In this document: positions 37,771-47,883 of the stretch, in pieces
Numbering within the stretch: position 1 is the first letter of the stretch
Layout: each line of letters starts with the position of its first letter
Assembly: GCA_963656065.1 (NCBI GenBank)
Contig: CAVKGV010000009.1
Location: forward strand, 27,498 to 91,497
Length of the DNA stretch: 64,000 nucleotides
Source of the DNA: Alistipes onderdonkii
GTDB taxonomy: Bacteria; Fibrobacterota; Fibrobacteria; Fibrobacterales; Fibrobacteraceae
Direction of reading: 5' to 3'
Program-made: the position numbers and the translations under genes
Notes under the pieces: model-generated
Database searches by the model: none
Told to the model about the DNA's origin: nothing
Seen by the model: the letters and a program-made list of their open reading frames with translations, nothing else

Positions 37771-38474
37771 GCGCTTCGGAATTTCGCGATGCTTCCGCCC
37801 AGGGCATTTTCCCGTTTGAACTGAAAACGTTCGGATTTTCCGCAGAAGGCGTGCCTCTCCGTTATCTGCCTTCTCGAAAAGAAACGCGTCTCCTGATCTT
37901 TGCCGCGATACACGGTGAGGAAGTTGAAACGACGTTCCTGCTTTCCCGCGCCTTGCGGATGCTTTGGGAGGCGCCTTCCCATGTCGCTTGTATCCTTTCG
38001 TTAAATCCGGACGGAATCTTGCGGGGAACGCGGGGAAATTTTCACGGAGTCGATCTGAACAGGAATTTTCCGACGGCGGACTGGAAATCCGGAAAGACGT
38101 TTTCGCGGCTTGTTCTTGAAGCTCCCCGGATAACGGAACTTTCGACAGGAAAATTTCCCGCCAGCGAATCGGAAGTCCGGGCGCTAATCGATCTGATTTG
38201 CCTATTGGGCGTTTCCAAGGCCGTGGCTTTACATTCTCCCCTGGGCTGGATCGATTCCGGTGAACGGTCGAAGCTTTGCATGGATTTGGAACGCGTTTTT
38301 GGGCTTTCCTGGAATTGCGGGGCCGGCTACGCGACACCCGGAAGCTTTGGAACGTTTGCCGCCGAAAGAAAAATGGACTGCGTAACGGTTGAACTTCCGC
38401 GCGAAGCGCCCGAAGTGCTGTCTATCCGGTATGCGGAGCCGCTTGCGCGTTTTTTGCGGGATTTTGACGGCTAG
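37767..38474 (+). CDS. mpaA: Murein tripeptide amidase MpaA-like (M14 Zn carboxypeptidase)
   Basis: IHGEE, NPDG, GVDLNRNF, ASESE, LHSP, TPGSFG; GTG 37767 overlaps the upstream stop. Confidence 0.8.
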   Translation: MSASEFRDASAQGIFPFELKTFGFSAEGVPLRYLPSRKETRLLIFAAIHGEEVETTFLLSRALRMLWEAPSHVACILSLNPDGILRGTRGNFHGVDLNRNFPTADWKSGKTFSRLVLEAPRITELSTGKFPASESEVRALIDLICLLGVSKAVALHSPLGWIDSGERSKLCMDLERVFGLSWNCGAGYATPGSFGTFAAERKMDCVTVELPREAPEVLSIRYAEPLARFLRDFDG

Positions 38475-39274
38475 TTTTCGTCTTTGGCGAGAGCCGCTTC
38501 CGCCAGGATCTGGCTGCGATTGACGAATCCCATCGTGAATCCTCCGACGATATAGAGGGCGCAGAGGATTAGCAGGAAACCCGGGATAAAGGAAAATTTC
38601 GGCGAGATGAAGAGGAACCCGCAAAGGTACACGATGAGCACAAGTACGACCTGGATTCCGTTGATGAATTTGTTTTGACGGGGTTGGAGTTTCGGAAGAA
38701 AACAGGGGCAGACCATCAACAGGCCGGTGAGCAGCATGACGATGACCGGGATGAAAAGCAGATTCGTGTTGCTGGCGGTAAAAATTTCGTGCTGCGACGT
38801 ATAGGTGAGGAGAATGACGTTGATGGCTCCGGCAAATGTGCTGGGAAGTCCCGAAAAATAGTGCTTGTAGGCGTCGCTGTCCATTGCATTGTATTTGGCG
38901 AGTCGCATGGCGGCGCAAAGAACGTAGATGGCGAAGGCGACAATTACGAGCGCGAGATTCTGTCCGAGCCAATCGGGAACATTTGCCTTGTAGCAGAAGA
39001 AAAGGCAGAAGGCCGGGGCAAGCCCGAAGCCCACCAAGTCTCCCAGGCTGTCGAACTGGGCTCCAAACTCGGAACTTGCGTTTACCAGCCTCGCGGCAAA
39101 TCCGTCAAGCTTGTCGCAAAGAACCGAAAGGATGACAAAATAAGCGGCCATGCGGAATGGATCTAGCGTGGAGTAGCCGTTAAACATGCCGGCAGACCAA
39201 CAGACGGAAAATACGCCGAGCAAAAAGTTCATGCTGGTGAAGGCATTCGGCAAGATAAAGCGCGCTTTTTTCAT
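38471..39274 (-). CDS. pssA: CDP-alcohol phosphatidyltransferase (phosphatidylserine synthase-like)
   Basis: LPNAFT, DKLDGFAAR...SEFGAQFDSLGD, MRLAKYN, FSGLP. Confidence 0.85.
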   Translation of the reverse strand: MKKARFILPNAFTSMNFLLGVFSVCWSAGMFNGYSTLDPFRMAAYFVILSVLCDKLDGFAARLVNASSEFGAQFDSLGDLVGFGLAPAFCLFFCYKANVPDWLGQNLALVIVAFAIYVLCAAMRLAKYNAMDSDAYKHYFSGLPSTFAGAINVILLTYTSQHEIFTASNTNLLFIPVIVMLLTGLLMVCPCFLPKLQPRQNKFINGIQVVLVLIVYLCGFLFISPKFSFIPGFLLILCALYIVGGFTMGFVNRSQILAEAALAKDEN

Positions 39275-39310
39275 AACGAGTTCTCCATTTCGGTGGATAC
39301 AATCTAAATA

Positions 39311-39337
39311 AAAAAGTCCGCTTGGTACGGACTTTTT
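39311..39337 (-). terminator. Intrinsic terminator after the solute-binding protein gene
   Basis: AAAAAGTCCG-N7-CGGACTTTTT. Confidence 0.75.
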
Positions 39338-39344
39338 CTGGAGA

Positions 39345-41132
39345 TTATTGCGCTTTGACAGGCTTGATTTTCCAAAGAGCCTTGATCCCTGCGCTGACGA
39401 TCAGGTTCTGGGGTGGGGCGTAGGGGTTTTCCTCGGTAGGAAAGTTTGTCCAATGCTTTGTCGAGAACTGGTAGTATTGGGTGGGACGGTACATCAGGGG
39501 GAGTACGGGAATCTTTTCCATAAAGATTCTGTTCAAGGAACGGTAGGCCTTTTGCAGTTCCGCGGAATCGGTAAGGGAGGGAATCAGTTCGAGAAGGCTG
39601 TCCGCCTGCGGATCGCTGAAACGACCCTGGTTCGAAAAGGCTTCCTCGCCGACAGGCTTTGCGCTCTTGCTGTTCATCACCTGGTCGAATCGCGTCCACG
39701 GAGTTGCTGCGGAAAGGTCGGCTGTTTGCGTCTTCATCGCCAAATCAAACTTTCCGTAGCGCAAATCCTTTTCCCATTCGCCGTAATCGACAAACCGCTG
39801 GTTGGTCGAAATTCCGATTTGTTTAAAGGACTCGGCGACAACCTTGATGACGTCTTCCCAGTCGGTCCATCCCTGCGGACATTCGATGCTTAAAGGACGA
39901 ACGGGACGGCCATCCTTGTTCAGAAGATGCCCTTGCGTGTCCCAAGAGTAACCGGCCTCTTCGAGTATCTTTTTGGCGCGTTCAAGATCATAGGTATAGC
40001 CGTATGCCTTGGCGTCTTCTTCGTTGAAATAGCGGGATTCCTGTCCAAAGGGAAGAATGAATCCCGGTTCGACGGATGCCGTGTAATTGGATACGGCGAC
40101 CGTTTTTATCTTTTCAAAGTTTATCGCATGGGCGAGCGCCCGCCGGAATGCGATATCGGTAAACGGTGTCGTAGTCGTTGCGATGAAAAGAGTCGGGATG
40201 GAACCCGGATAATGGTAAGGTTCTTTCAGGCTCCACGCTCGGATGTCGTCGCGCTTCTTTTCCCAGATTCGGGGCATGAAGATGGAAGACACGTCGAGTT
40301 CGCCCTTGGTCATCGCATTGTTGAAAAGGTTGTTGCTGGGGTAGAGGGTATGGATGACGTAGAGCGGGGCAGGTTTTTTCCCGCCGTACTTGGCGTTTCC
40401 CCAATAATTTTCGACACGCTTAAGGACAATCTTGTCCGGGTAGTAGGCTTCGAGGTTATAAGGGCCGGAGATGACAGGTGAAGAATCGTTCTTGAACGCG
40501 AGGACGTTGGCGTAGTTGTAGCGCCCATTTTTTTTGGAAGCTTCGACTAGCGGCTCGAAAACTTTCTTGGGAAGAATCGACGTTTCGGAAAGGAGGTTGA
40601 TGAGAACTAACGGGTTCCTGTTTTTCTTGTTCATGACGAATTCGAGGCGATTGCCGTCTGCGGAAATTCGTTCAATGTATTGCCAACCGCCATGGCGCGG
40701 TGTCGGAAAAAGCGAATCGAGATGGAATGTGTAGAGAACATCGTCCGCGGTCACTTTTTCGCCCGTATTCCAATGAGCTCTGACATCTAGTTCTACGATG
40801 ATGGATGAATCCGTCTGTCGGTAGGAACTGGCGAGCATCGGCTCCGTCTTCCCGTCAAGGATGTTGTATGTAAAAAGCGATTCGTACATAAGGCGCACGT
40901 TGCCGTCTATCGGGAAATTCGGGTCGGCGTCTAGCGGGTTGAATGTTGTGCCGGGGGGCGCCCAATCCAATCCGCCGACATAAAGCGTTTCGGCGCGCGG
41001 GTAAGGGGAATTTTCCTGCGAGACAGAATCGTCTTTGCCTGAGCAGCCGACGAGCGCCAGGAAAAAGAATCCGGATACGAATTCTAGAAGACGATGGTTT
41101 TGTATGAGTCTTTGACGCAAATGGTTATCCAC
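39345..41132 (-). CDS. ABC transporter family-5 solute-binding lipoprotein (oligosaccharide-binding-like), no permease nearby
   Basis: Lipobox LVGC; RAETLYVGG..W, YESLF, TADDVLYTF, SGPY, FRRALAHAIN, GWTDW. Confidence 0.85.
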   Translation of the reverse strand: MDNHLRQRLIQNHRLLEFVSGFFFLALVGCSGKDDSVSQENSPYPRAETLYVGGLDWAPPGTTFNPLDADPNFPIDGNVRLMYESLFTYNILDGKTEPMLASSYRQTDSSIIVELDVRAHWNTGEKVTADDVLYTFHLDSLFPTPRHGGWQYIERISADGNRLEFVMNKKNRNPLVLINLLSETSILPKKVFEPLVEASKKNGRYNYANVLAFKNDSSPVISGPYNLEAYYPDKIVLKRVENYWGNAKYGGKKPAPLYVIHTLYPSNNLFNNAMTKGELDVSSIFMPRIWEKKRDDIRAWSLKEPYHYPGSIPTLFIATTTTPFTDIAFRRALAHAINFEKIKTVAVSNYTASVEPGFILPFGQESRYFNEEDAKAYGYTYDLERAKKILEEAGYSWDTQGHLLNKDGRPVRPLSIECPQGWTDWEDVIKVVAESFKQIGISTNQRFVDYGEWEKDLRYGKFDLAMKTQTADLSAATPWTRFDQVMNSKSAKPVGEEAFSNQGRFSDPQADSLLELIPSLTDSAELQKAYRSLNRIFMEKIPVLPLMYRPTQYYQFSTKHWTNFPTEENPYAPPQNLIVSAGIKALWKIKPVKAQ

Positions 41133-41225
41133 CTTTTTGTTTATTTCCGTTCAGAATTTTTATACATCTTTTCTTAAATCTATAGAAATTTTGACCAAAA
41201 AAAACATTTTTGTTTGTAAAAAAAA

Positions 41226-43745
41226 TTACAGAAGAGGCTTTGTAAGCGGGAATGCGTACAGCAGCCGTTTTGGCGATGTACAGAATAGCGTGTTGTCTAG
41301 GATGAACGGCGTTCCTGCGCCTCCGGGAGTGAAAAAGCGCTTTTCGACCGTGCCCTTGGGAAGGGAAATTTGCGCGATGTGGGACTGTTGATCGATATAG
41401 AGATAATTTCCGTTTACGACGGGATTCGTATAGACGGAGTTTCTCCCGGCAAAGGTCCAGATGGCGTCTTGGGCGGTTTGACCGTATAGGCTGATTTTTT
41501 GGTCGGCAAGACTTGCCAGGAGATATTTGGCGCTTCCTATCGGAACCCATTGGAGGGAAAGGACTGTGGAACTAGTCGGGAACGCCTGCACCGGCTTCTG
41601 GGATTCCGGCGTGTATATCCGGATTTCGTTTTGGTCGGTTGCGACGGCTACTGTCGAATCGGTGAGAGCCATCACCGAGATGTTCGCTCCCGATTCAATC
41701 ATAGGCTTTGAATTTTGTCCGGTCGCTTCGCTGACGAACCCGAGTGAACCTTCGAGGCTCGAAACGGCGATGTTCCCCTTGGAGATGTCGAAGAGGAATG
41801 GGAGCGCAAATAGTTTTCGGGCCCAGGCGATATCGTAATTCGGGGGGAGAAGCTTGATCAGGTAGCCGTTCCACGTGGAAACGTAGATGACGCTTTCATG
41901 AAATTTTATCTGGAACGGTTTTCCGGGCAGTTCGCTGTAGCGCGTTTTTCCGTTTGGGGAAAGATCGTGAATCTGCAGGCGAAATCCGTTCGCGATGGCG
42001 AGCTTTGCATTGTCGTTAGAGAGGACGGGACTGGTTTCGAGAAGTCCCAGGTTTTTGCTCCAGCGGACGTTTCCCGAGGACGGGTCCAGGGCGAGGAGTT
42101 TCTGGGCGGCAGGGTCGATGGTGAACAGGGTGTGGCCTGCGCTGAAAATGTTCGGGTAGGATGTTCGCGGTGACAGGGGGAGAAAATGGACGTAGGAGGC
42201 TCCGATGATTTTGGCGTAATGGGAAAGAATGGATGCGCCTGCCCGTTTATCCCCGAATGAGTAGCGAACGGCGTCGGACCAGGCTTCTGCGCGTTTCTTT
42301 TCGTCGGCTCCGATGCGTTCGAGGTTTACGGCGTATAGATAGCTGGCTGTCGGGTTTCCCGGTTCGAGCTTTCGGGTGGAATCGACGAATGCTTCCATTT
42401 CTTGCCAGTCACCAGCATCTTTCGCCTTGATTGCGTTTTCCGCAAAGCGCTGGGAGAGAAGGGGACGACCTCCGTAGTGAAGCGCGTTAAGTGTGAGAAG
42501 TTCGCCTTTTTCGAAGGGAAGAAACAGAAGACCTTGGTCTTGAAACGGTTTTGCTGCGAGAGGTTTTCCGAAGTGATAATGCCAGAGTGGCCTTAGAGCG
42601 GTATCAACGACGGAGAGCGCGCCTTCCTTGGAAAAGATTCCGAGTGTCCCGCGCGCTATCGGATACAGTTTTTCCCCGTCGATGGACGATTTGGCCAGTT
42701 CGGTTCCCGATTCGGGGGCGAGAAGTTTCAGTTTCCCGTCGCTTTCGAGGACGGCGAGCTTTCCTTCGAAAAATACGGCATCCTCTATCGGATTCCCTGA
42801 ATTTTTCCAAAGATAGGCGCTGCTTGATTGCGGGCGAAAATACCAGAACGTATTGGCGGACGAGACAAAGATTCCGTTATCGGAAAGAAGGGTTTTCTGG
42901 ATGGGGTCTATCAGGGAGAGCGTCTGCTTTTCCGCTCCGGATTCCGCATCGAACAGGTGAAGTGCGTTGTCCGGGCAGCTGACGACAAACGCATTTTGCG
43001 GCTGATAGAATCCGACGGGAGAGCATCCTCGGAAGCGGTTTTCGACGGAAAATCGAAGCCCTTCGTTTACGGCGAACGCGAAAGTCTTGTCGGTGATGAC
43101 AAATGCGCCGATTCCCGGTAAGGGGGAAACGCTGGAAATGGCGGAATCGAAATGGTAAGAATGGACCGGCAGTCTGGAATCTTTGGGCTGGAAATGGAGC
43201 GTCTGCGTATTTTCGTCCGAGAACCAGATGCCGCCCGGTGTGACGGCAAGAATCTTCGCTCTCTCGGAAAGGAACGTGGGAACCGAGACGAATTTCTCGT
43301 TGTGCAGGCTGTAAAGCTGGTTGTTGGAAAGCAGGATGGATGGATGCTTGCCGTTGAATGTTTCCTGGATGGCCGCTGCGAATTTTGTCTTGTCGAGGAT
43401 TAGGCGCTCGGGGAACGTGTCGAGGCTCTCTATCCGGCTGGCGAGAAAGTAGGCGTCTCTGGCGTTTGCGGGGTTGATGAGCGCTTGCTTGTAGTAGAAT
43501 GTTGCATTTAGCGGGCTTTGGGAAAGTTCCTGGATTTTTCCCAAAAGGAAAAACGCCTTGCTCTTGTCTTCGTCGTCCCCTTCGATGGATATGCGGGAAA
43601 GCAGATCCTGCGCATCGGTGAAATTTCCCTTGATTTCGAACTGATAGACCGCTTCGTAGAGTTCCTTGTCCATACGCGAGGAAAACGCCTCGGCGGCAAG
43701 GAGGCAAATCAGGAATGCGAAACGGAAAATCGGGAATCGAAGCAT
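41226..43745 (-). CDS. Exported TPR + PQQ-like beta-propeller repeat protein
   Basis: Signal peptide, TPR-like helices, repeats such as LLALDPSSGNVRW and LFDAESG. Confidence 0.7.
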   Translation of the reverse strand: MLRFPIFRFAFLICLLAAEAFSSRMDKELYEAVYQFEIKGNFTDAQDLLSRISIEGDDEDKSKAFFLLGKIQELSQSPLNATFYYKQALINPANARDAYFLASRIESLDTFPERLILDKTKFAAAIQETFNGKHPSILLSNNQLYSLHNEKFVSVPTFLSERAKILAVTPGGIWFSDENTQTLHFQPKDSRLPVHSYHFDSAISSVSPLPGIGAFVITDKTFAFAVNEGLRFSVENRFRGCSPVGFYQPQNAFVVSCPDNALHLFDAESGAEKQTLSLIDPIQKTLLSDNGIFVSSANTFWYFRPQSSSAYLWKNSGNPIEDAVFFEGKLAVLESDGKLKLLAPESGTELAKSSIDGEKLYPIARGTLGIFSKEGALSVVDTALRPLWHYHFGKPLAAKPFQDQGLLFLPFEKGELLTLNALHYGGRPLLSQRFAENAIKAKDAGDWQEMEAFVDSTRKLEPGNPTASYLYAVNLERIGADEKKRAEAWSDAVRYSFGDKRAGASILSHYAKIIGASYVHFLPLSPRTSYPNIFSAGHTLFTIDPAAQKLLALDPSSGNVRWSKNLGLLETSPVLSNDNAKLAIANGFRLQIHDLSPNGKTRYSELPGKPFQIKFHESVIYVSTWNGYLIKLLPPNYDIAWARKLFALPFLFDISKGNIAVSSLEGSLGFVSEATGQNSKPMIESGANISVMALTDSTVAVATDQNEIRIYTPESQKPVQAFPTSSTVLSLQWVPIGSAKYLLASLADQKISLYGQTAQDAIWTFAGRNSVYTNPVVNGNYLYIDQQSHIAQISLPKGTVEKRFFTPGGAGTPFILDNTLFCTSPKRLLYAFPLTKPLL

Positions 43746-44461
43746 TAGACGTCGAACTTGTAACCGGCTCCGCGGATGGAGAGGATGATTTTCGGATTCG
43801 CCTGGTCGTCTTCGAGCTTCTTGCGGAGATTGACGATGTGGTTGTCTATCGTGCGGGTAGAAGGCATGTTGTCCGCCGTGTATCCCCAGATGTCCTGCAA
43901 AAGGTCTTCGCGCAGGATGACCTCGCCGCGTTTTCCCCAGAAATACTTGAGAATCTGGAATTCTCGGGCGGACAGCTCGATGGGAACGCCGTTTTTGCTC
44001 GCTTCGTATTTTTTGAAGTCGAGATGGATGTTGCCGAAATCTACGGCATCCTGTCCGGTCTGGGCTTCCGATGGGTTCGATGAACCGGTGCGCGGACCGC
44101 GCCGCAAGAAGGCCTTGACTCGTGCGAGGAGTTCGAGAATGGAAAATGGCTTCGTCACATAGTCATCCGCGCCCATTTCGAGCCCTGTCACCTTGGATGT
44201 TTCTTCCGTCTTGGCGGTGAGCATGATAATGAACGTATCGGGATGTTTCTTGCGGATGTAACGGCAAACTTCAAAGCCGCTTTTCTTGGGAATCATCAGG
44301 TCGAGAATGACCAGGTCCGGGAGAAACGAATCCGCTTTTTCGATGGCCTCGTCGCCGTCGCCTGCGGTTTCCACCGTGTAGTTTTCCAGTTCAAAGTTGT
44401 CCTTGAGACCTAGCCGGATGATTTCTTCGTCTTCGACAATGAGAATTTTCCTGTTTTCCAT
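43745..44461 (-). CDS. OmpR-family response regulator
   Basis: ILIVEDE, LDLMIP, GADDYVTKPF, winged helix TIDNHIVNLRKK..RGAGY. Confidence 0.95.
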   Translation of the reverse strand: MENRKILIVEDEEIIRLGLKDNFELENYTVETAGDGDEAIEKADSFLPDLVILDLMIPKKSGFEVCRYIRKKHPDTFIIMLTAKTEETSKVTGLEMGADDYVTKPFSILELLARVKAFLRRGPRTGSSNPSEAQTGQDAVDFGNIHLDFKKYEASKNGVPIELSAREFQILKYFWGKRGEVILREDLLQDIWGYTADNMPSTRTIDNHIVNLRKKLEDDQANPKIILSIRGAGYKFDV

Positions 44462-46509
44462 TATTCTACCTTTTTGAACTTGACCGTAAAAGTCGAACCC
44501 TTGCCGGGATGGCTTTGCACGGAAACGCTTGCCTTGTGGGCTTCTGCCACGCGCTTGACGATGGCCAGTCCGAGACCAGAGCCTTTGGTACTGCGGGTCA
44601 TTTCGTCACCGACGCGGTAGAAGTCGTTAAAGATATTCTTTTGCTCGGCAGAGGCTATCCCTATGCCGGTATCCGCTACAGAAAATACGATTTTTTCGCT
44701 CTCTTCGAAAACCCGGATATGCACTTTTCCCGGGGGATTTGTGTATTTGATGGCGTTTTCGATCAGTCCCTGTGCCAGGCTGTAGAGTGCGGTGAAGTCT
44801 CCCATGACGAAGCATCCGGGGGCGAGTTCCTTCGTCATCGTGAGTCCGCGGTTATCCGCCTGGTCGAGGATCGCTTCGTAAACCTTTGATACGCATTCCG
44901 AAAGGTCGAGCCGTTCCCAGCGGAAAGTCTGCTTGCCGGTTTCCATTCTCGTGTAGCTGAGGATGGCGCCTATCAGATTTTCTAATCGGGTGGATTCCTT
45001 GCCGATGAGCTTTGCATATTCCGCGCACTTTTCGATTTTCTGGACGCGCCCGCCCGAAATCATTTCGGCAAACATCTTGATGGACGTGAGCGGCGTCTTG
45101 AGCTCGTGGGAAACCGAGGAGAGGAAGTTTGTCTTCATCGAGATGAGCTTCCGTTCCTGGGAAATGGTCTTGAAGATGAAGAATGATCCGAGGATTACAG
45201 TCAGCAGGGAAAATGCGACAAGGCCCGAAAGCTGGAACATCTTTTGACGGGCTTCGCTGTAAAGTTCCTGGGAGGAACGTTTATACAGGGTGAGAGTCCA
45301 GCCGAGGCTTTCGCCGAGTTCCATCTGCTTTGAAATCTGGACTTCCGGATTTTGCGTCTTTCCCAGAATGACGGAATCGTGTTCGTCGGTAATCGTGTAG
45401 GCGACGTCTTTCCATTCACGGGCTGTTTCGGCGAGTTTTTTGCAAATCCGTTCCTTGTAGGCGTCCCTGTCGATAAGGCCGATGACGACCTGGTCTCCGG
45501 AAAGCCACGGGTAGGCCATGCGGAAGAAAAGGCGGTTGTCGTCCTGCTTGTAAAAGATGCCGTTTTTTGTCGGTTGCGGATCTTCGGCAAATTGCGTAAG
45601 AAAATTCCGGTGGGACGCAAAAATTTCCGCGTGTTCGAGCTGTCTGTTCAGATTTTCGCGCAGGTTCCAAAATGCGTCGCGCTTTTCCTTGCTGAGTTCC
45701 TCGAACGAGAGAATCTGGCTGATGGCGTTTTCAAAAAAGAACTTGGCACTTCCGAGGTCTTGCAGCGTTTCGCCTTCCAGAAATTCGGAAAAGAGAAAAA
45801 GACAGTAGTTTTCTGCGGCGGAATGTTTTTTCTGCTCCACGAAAATTTCGAATTTGAGCATAAAGAGCGATTTCGAAAGGTCGGTCTGCAGGTATCCGTG
45901 GGCTTCGGGATGGCGCTCGAGGATATCGATGATGTGGAGCGCTTCTTCGTAATTTTTTTGGCGGTAGCGCAGCCGGAGAATTCCGAGCAGGTTCAGGACG
46001 TTGTCCTTCTTGGACAGGTAGGGTGTCCGCAAGAGGAGGGCCGATCGCGCATAGTCAATCTTGTCCGGATTTAAGCCCGCGACTTCTCCGCGGAGAAGTT
46101 TTTGTTCAATTTCTCCGGGGACCGTTGTCGGCGGAGCGGGCCATGCCGGGTGGCTTGAAATGGAAATGCTCGGATAGACAAGCCTGTTTTCGTTGAAGAG
46201 AAAGATCGCGGTGATTCCTTGCACTTTTTTAAAGGAGACCGCGTTTCCGAATTCGAGAAGCTTTTGCGGTTGTTCGTAAAGGAACTGCGAGGCGTTCTTG
46301 GTATCCTTCAGAATGTCCTGCTGCTCTTTTTGGACTGTCTGGACCGCTTGTTTTGAAAAGGAAACTTGCGCGTCTTCGAAGTTCTTTTCGGCGAGGAGCC
46401 GCTCGCTTTGGACATTGCGAAAACTGAGGATGGCGAGAATTGCTGTCGGAATGATGATTCCGCCGAAAAAAAGCGCAATGAAAATGCGGTTGTTCTTCGG
46501 AAGTTTCAC
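44461..46509 (-). CDS. Sensor histidine kinase with a large periplasmic domain
   Basis: Two TM helices, VSHELKTPL, ENAIKY, DTGIGI, FYRV, GSGLGL. Confidence 0.95.
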   Translation of the reverse strand: MKLPKNNRIFIALFFGGIIIPTAILAILSFRNVQSERLLAEKNFEDAQVSFSKQAVQTVQKEQQDILKDTKNASQFLYEQPQKLLEFGNAVSFKKVQGITAIFLFNENRLVYPSISISSHPAWPAPPTTVPGEIEQKLLRGEVAGLNPDKIDYARSALLLRTPYLSKKDNVLNLLGILRLRYRQKNYEEALHIIDILERHPEAHGYLQTDLSKSLFMLKFEIFVEQKKHSAAENYCLFLFSEFLEGETLQDLGSAKFFFENAISQILSFEELSKEKRDAFWNLRENLNRQLEHAEIFASHRNFLTQFAEDPQPTKNGIFYKQDDNRLFFRMAYPWLSGDQVVIGLIDRDAYKERICKKLAETAREWKDVAYTITDEHDSVILGKTQNPEVQISKQMELGESLGWTLTLYKRSSQELYSEARQKMFQLSGLVAFSLLTVILGSFFIFKTISQERKLISMKTNFLSSVSHELKTPLTSIKMFAEMISGGRVQKIEKCAEYAKLIGKESTRLENLIGAILSYTRMETGKQTFRWERLDLSECVSKVYEAILDQADNRGLTMTKELAPGCFVMGDFTALYSLAQGLIENAIKYTNPPGKVHIRVFEESEKIVFSVADTGIGIASAEQKNIFNDFYRVGDEMTRSTKGSGLGLAIVKRVAEAHKASVSVQSHPGKGSTFTVKFKKVE

Positions 46510-46522
46510 GGTTCGCTCCGGA

Positions 46523-46687
46523 TCAGTAGAGAAGCCGGACCAGGGAAGAGAGCTTTTCCTGCCCGAGAAATTCTGCGGCCCGATCCGCTACCGGCGGACT
46601 TGCGATGAAGACTACGCTTATTGCAAGGAGAATGGCGACGGATGTCGCTAAAAGGAATAGTCCGACTACCACCAGCCGAGGTTTCAT
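46523..46687 (-). CDS. Small (54 aa) single-pass membrane protein, absent from the ORF track
   Basis: MKPRLVVVGLFLLATSVAILLAISVVFIASPPVADRAAEFLGQEKLSSLVRLLY; ATGA overlap with the LysM stop; fills the operon gap. Confidence 0.7.
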   Translation of the reverse strand: MKPRLVVVGLFLLATSVAILLAISVVFIASPPVADRAAEFLGQEKLSSLVRLLY

Positions 46688-47847
46688 GGTGCAAGCTTTG
46701 CCTTATGCGTAATCGAGACCAGGTTGCCGTATTGGATGCGCCTGTCGCCGTAATAGGCTTCGCGGATGAGAATTACGGAATGCGTGGATGTCAGGCTCGT
46801 GACGATTCCCCGGGCGAGAAGGCGCGGAGGAATCAGGGAATCCGAAAGATCCTTTTCCCAGATGGCGACGCCATCGCCTAGGCTGTAGCCGTCGCTTTTT
46901 CCGCGGTCTATCATGACGTATCCGTATGGGCCTATGGCGAGGTTTTTTTCAAGCGCATAGCGGACGATTGCCATGCTGTCTAGCGATACGGATTTGACTT
47001 CGCTGTAGCCTTCGACATTGATGGGCTTCGGGGGAGCTTGCAGGCGGGCTTTGGCGTATTCGATCTTGATTTCCCGCATACTCTGGAGAAGCACCGCCCG
47101 GGAAAGCGTATCGCCTACATCGGTGATTTTCGCAAGTCCCGTGTAGCGGAGGACCGCCGTTTTTTCCTTTGCTCGGGTCTTTGTCTCGGGAAGCATGGCG
47201 GGTCTAGCGTCCCAGATTTCCACGATGGCGCCGACGGTTGCCTTGGGCGACGTGTTCATGCCGATTCCGAGGACCATTTCCGTTTCGGGAATGTGCACGA
47301 GAGGTTCGCGCTTTTCTCCGGACTTGACGGTGAACCAGGAATCGTCCGACTTGAGGCTGTCCGGAGAGAGGAGCATCGGCGAAAGGACCTGGTAATAACC
47401 GTTGAAAATCTTGGGCTCGGAACGCTGCGCATAATAGTAAGAGATGCCCTTCTGCTTTGCGGGCTTTTCCTTTTTCGAAGCGTCGTCGGAAAGACTGCCG
47501 AGCATCTTGGCGAAGTGTTCGTTCTGGTCGGCGGAAGCGCATCCGCTCGGAGCGGAAACTCCTTTCGGGAGCGAAGAGTCTCGTGCGGTTTCTGCACAGG
47601 GGAGAGGCTTCGGTTTTTCCGTTTTGGCGCTGTCCGGGGCTTCACCGAGATAGATGGAATCTCCCGGATAGATCCAATGCGGGTCTTGGATGTGGCGGTT
47701 GTTTTCCCACAGGTCAGGCCACGCGAAAGGGTTGTTCAGGTATTCATCGGAAATATCCCAGAGGGTGTCTCCCTGCTTGACGAAATAAGCGCTCGCCGCG
47801 ATAGCGACAAGTCCGAGAGCGATGGAAATGCTTTGAATGTGCCTCAT
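46684..47847 (-). CDS. LysM peptidoglycan-binding protein
   Basis: Signal peptide then YFVKQGDTLWDIS...WPDLW...IQDPHWIYPG. Confidence 0.9.
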   Translation of the reverse strand: MRHIQSISIALGLVAIAASAYFVKQGDTLWDISDEYLNNPFAWPDLWENNRHIQDPHWIYPGDSIYLGEAPDSAKTEKPKPLPCAETARDSSLPKGVSAPSGCASADQNEHFAKMLGSLSDDASKKEKPAKQKGISYYYAQRSEPKIFNGYYQVLSPMLLSPDSLKSDDSWFTVKSGEKREPLVHIPETEMVLGIGMNTSPKATVGAIVEIWDARPAMLPETKTRAKEKTAVLRYTGLAKITDVGDTLSRAVLLQSMREIKIEYAKARLQAPPKPINVEGYSEVKSVSLDSMAIVRYALEKNLAIGPYGYVMIDRGKSDGYSLGDGVAIWEKDLSDSLIPPRLLARGIVTSLTSTHSVILIREAYYGDRRIQYGNLVSITHKAKLAP

Positions 47848-47883
47848 ATTTATCAATTTAATCTTTTTTTGGGCGGGAAATTT

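Noticed and set aside
41124..41132. DnaA-box-like TTATCCACC at the SBP start
   Set aside because: Single one-mismatch 9-mer far from dnaA; expected by chance
46506..46694. 62-aa ORF from the track (MHHETSAGG...)
   Set aside because: A different frame (46523-46687) gives a coupled membrane protein and is more plausible
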